A stretch of DNA of 63,530 nucleotides, the filler included, from Collodictyon triciliatum (Eukaryota), in the NCBI GenBank assembly GCA_043381765.1. It is 25 parts of 25 records of this genome, joined end to end, with 100 filler letters (N's around TTAATTAATTAA, not from the genome) between each part and the next. Parts side by side here need not be neighbours in the genome. Positions count along the whole stretch, not along the records: positions 59,885 to 62,383 come from JBHJMP010008771.1; positions 62,484 to 63,530 come from JBHJMP010008928.1; 23 more parts are not named here. One strand, 5' to 3'. Of the stretch, positions 60,804-63,530 are shown one piece after another (positions within the stretch are counted from its first letter, which is position 1; the number at the start of each line of letters is the position of its first letter). Both the position numbers and the translations under genes were made by a program. The notes beneath the pieces are model-generated. The model saw nothing but the letters and a program-made list of their open reading frames with translations, was not told the DNA's origin and searched no databases.

Positions 60804-62039
60804 TCACAGACCCACCATAAACTTCTTGCGCGGGATGTAGCCGGAGAAGGACAATGCGCGGCTGTAGGCGAGGTAGTCCTCCACTTTGTACTGATCATCA
60901 CCCTTCTGCAGACTGTTTGTCTCGGCTGCGGCGTCGATTGATGCGGTTGTTTGCGGATTCGAACTCACGCGCTGGGCTGGTGTAGATGAAGCACGACCCG
61001 AACTGCGCGAGGAAGGCGGGCGACTGGGCGTTTTCGGCTGCGCTTGGATGTGTTGCGACTCAGCCTGTTGAACTTGGGCGGCGCGTTCACGATACTGTTC
61101 CACAAGACGATTCTGCGTCTGTGAATCTGGCCGGCGATAGTCAATCGCCTTGAATGTCTGCCCACGGCGCTGCAGGATTTCGGTGTTCTGGAAGTCGCTG
61201 TTCACAATCCCGTACGTTTGTATCATGCTCGGGATGTGGCCCTATAATGCACAGAGAGAATCAAGCGAGAGGAGAGTTTAATATAAATAATACTAATTAT
61301 TTTTTTTTAAAAAAAAAGGAAGTTCGTGAGGGGCTTGTCTTTGCTGTTTGTTTCGGGTGTGATTTATCCTGTTTGGTTGCGTGATTTGGAAAAGGGCTTT
61401 GTGTTTGGTGTGATTGTATGGGGAAGATACCTGGTAGCCCATGATCATGGAGCGGGGCGCGTATTTGTTGGGCGAGAGTGTTGCGCCGCCGCTGAACTTG
61501 TGGAACTCGTCGGTGTCTGACTGGATCGGCGGGATGGAAAGCGCCGACTTTTTGACTGTATGTGTATGTGCGTGTGTTATTTGGGATATGAGACTTTGGT
61601 GAGTTTGTTGCATGCACACAGACGAGATATGGCAGTGAGATTTCGTTTCGATGAGTGCGTCGGTGAAAATGTTTACGGGTGTCGGGGTCGTTGCGTGAGG
61701 CCAGCTCAAACTCTGCGTATTCGATCGCGCCCACTGTGGATGTAAAGTTATAGTAGCGGTACTTTAGTGATTATTATGGCTACTGTTTTTTTTTTTTATT
61801 GTTGTTCTGAAAGACATATACTACTGTGTTTGTTGTTGACTGGCGCAGATCATGGTAAAAAAAAAAATAGCTGAGAGTTCTCTCTTTCCTCTCTTTTTGT
61901 ACTTTCATCCAGACACGATGCAAAAAGAGCGGAATGGTTGTGGCGCAGTTGCAAGGAGGAAACCTTCCAGCATGTCCTTCAGTCCTGGAATGTGCCCGGT
62001 GTATCCAAAGGTGCGTCCTTTCCTCGTGTACTCCGCCAT
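60804..62039 (-). CDS. FAM166/CIMIP2-like ciliary microtubule inner protein
   Basis: Repeated motifs FGYTGHIPGL, MGYQ|GHIPSM and SFSGYIPR; ATG at 62039, TGA at 60804. Confidence 0.6.
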
Positions 62040-62483
62040 GTCTCTGATCTTCTCTTTGCGTGCAGTTTGCTGCTTGGGTCGTGTTCCGTCCGTGCGTTGT
62101 TGTGACGTCCTGTGTGGGATTCTGTTTCAATTGATTTTGTTTGGTTTTGTTGCGCTTTAAGCCTTTATCTGAGGATGCCAAGAATGGAATTTTCAACGGT
62201 TTTCTCGTGTAATGTACATCATATATAATTTATAGTGTATTTTGTACAGTGTGTATTTTTTCGGCATGGTAAAGCTGAGACTCGTGGTGATTCCGTTCAA
62301 AGAATATGCGCGCGTGTGCGTAATAAAATCGATAATAGGTGCATATGTTAAAACAAAATACATAAACATAAACATAAACAAAANNNNNNNNNNNNNNNNN
62401 NNNNNNNNNNNNNNNNNNNNNNNNNNNTTAATTAATTAANNNNNNNNNNNNNNNNNNNNNNNNNNNNNNNNNNNNNNNNNNNN

Positions 62484-63012
62484 AACAACAGAAATATTGG
62501 ACAGAGTACTTGATATAGTGGGATCAAGGTTGCTTTTCTTTTATAGCCTATGAATTGGACAGGATTTTTTTTTGCATTTTTTTTTGAGTTCGATTTCTTG
62601 GATGAACTCGGTATTTATCATTTCATAAATACATCAAGAGGGAAGGTCTACGTCGTCAATAGAAAGGAGCCAATTTATTGCAGTGTCATCCGTGGATATC
62701 CAAGCGCTGTTATGTCTTATGGAACCGATATCCCTTACTTTCAACACAACGGATTGGTATGTGTCTTTGGTTTTTTTTATCGACACTGATTCTATCCATT
62801 CTATGGTATATGTGTGTATGTTTTTTTTGTAAAACAGGAGATATACACACTTGAATTTCATGTTTAATAGAGAAAATATAATGCAGAAATATCTCTATGG
62901 GCCTGGTTCTATCTTGGTGGCCCATAGCGAGAACGAGTACATGAATATCAATGATTTGCTTTCTGATATTGAAAAATACAAAGACATTGCACTACGTTTG
63001 CTCTACGAATGA
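62484..63012 (+). CDS. M20-family metallopeptidase/deacetylase, C-terminal exons (partial)
   Basis: AVMSYGTDIPYF|KYLYGPGSILVAHSENEYM...LLYE*, i.e. the M20 'TD' and 'GPG....AH...E' motifs. Confidence 0.85.
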
Positions 63013-63399
63013 ATAAGATGTTCTTGGCCCCAACTCTCATATCTAATAAAAAGATATGCACCAAAATATGATCGAATGGAGGAAAATACACGATTCTGTG
63101 ATTAGTGGTTTAATAGGCAGATTTATTTTTCTATCTCTCTGGCCTCAATTGAGTGAGAATACTCATCTGAGATCTGAACGACTGGATTTGTGGAATGGAA
63201 CGTTTATTTCTATTTTAATAGAATAGAATATAGTTTGTATACAGCCAAACCAAACAGAAAGATACCATCTCTATAGACATATAAATTGAAAGCAACTATC
63301 TATACATATATATTCTGGACGATTTAATTTCATAGATAGAATGGTTTATATCTATACATGTTTTATATCCATTAGTATATCTCTATGTCTCTATTTATC

Positions 63400-63530
63400 T
63401 GTGTCTGTATGTCTGTATGTCTGTATGTCTGTATGTCTGTGTGTCTGTATGTCTGTATGTCTGTATGTCTGTATGTCTGTATGTCTGTATGTCTGTATGT
63501 ATGTATGTATGTATGTATGTATGTATGTAT
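63400..63530. repeat. (GTCTGTAT)n grading into (GTAT)n microsatellite
   Basis: Direct tandem repeat. Confidence 0.9.

Overview
This is not a contiguous locus. It is about 25 unrelated contigs of roughly 2.5 kb, joined by artificial 100-bp spacers (N44-TTAATTAATTAA-N44), and most contigs break at microsatellites. The source is an AT-rich, intron-rich eukaryote, probably a flagellated protist (NPHP4, FAM166-like, NEK and EF-hand/WD40 genes). It has a mitochondrial-type LeuRS and at least one U12-type AT-AC intron. Genes were reconstructed by manual translation across GT-AG introns and most are truncated by contig ends: HIR/SPFH, TANGO6, PIG-C, LeuRS, CH-domain protein, NEK, NPHP4, AMPK/SNF1, kelch, apgM-type iPGM, RPC1, PX, ABCG, RNF115/126-like, ZSWIM2-like, ADE2 (PurK-PurE), FAM166-like and an M20 peptidase, plus an intron-containing CTU1 pseudogene. 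Mobile DNA includes L1-like LINE fragments, the 3' end of a chromodomain Ty3/Gypsy element and a three-copy dispersed repeat. The most notable item is a decayed Fanzor (eukaryotic TnpB-family RNA-guided nuclease) fragment at ~22010-22450, with omegaRNA-like hairpins downstream and a LINE 3' end inserted into it. All family assignments come from motif recognition; no database search was run.
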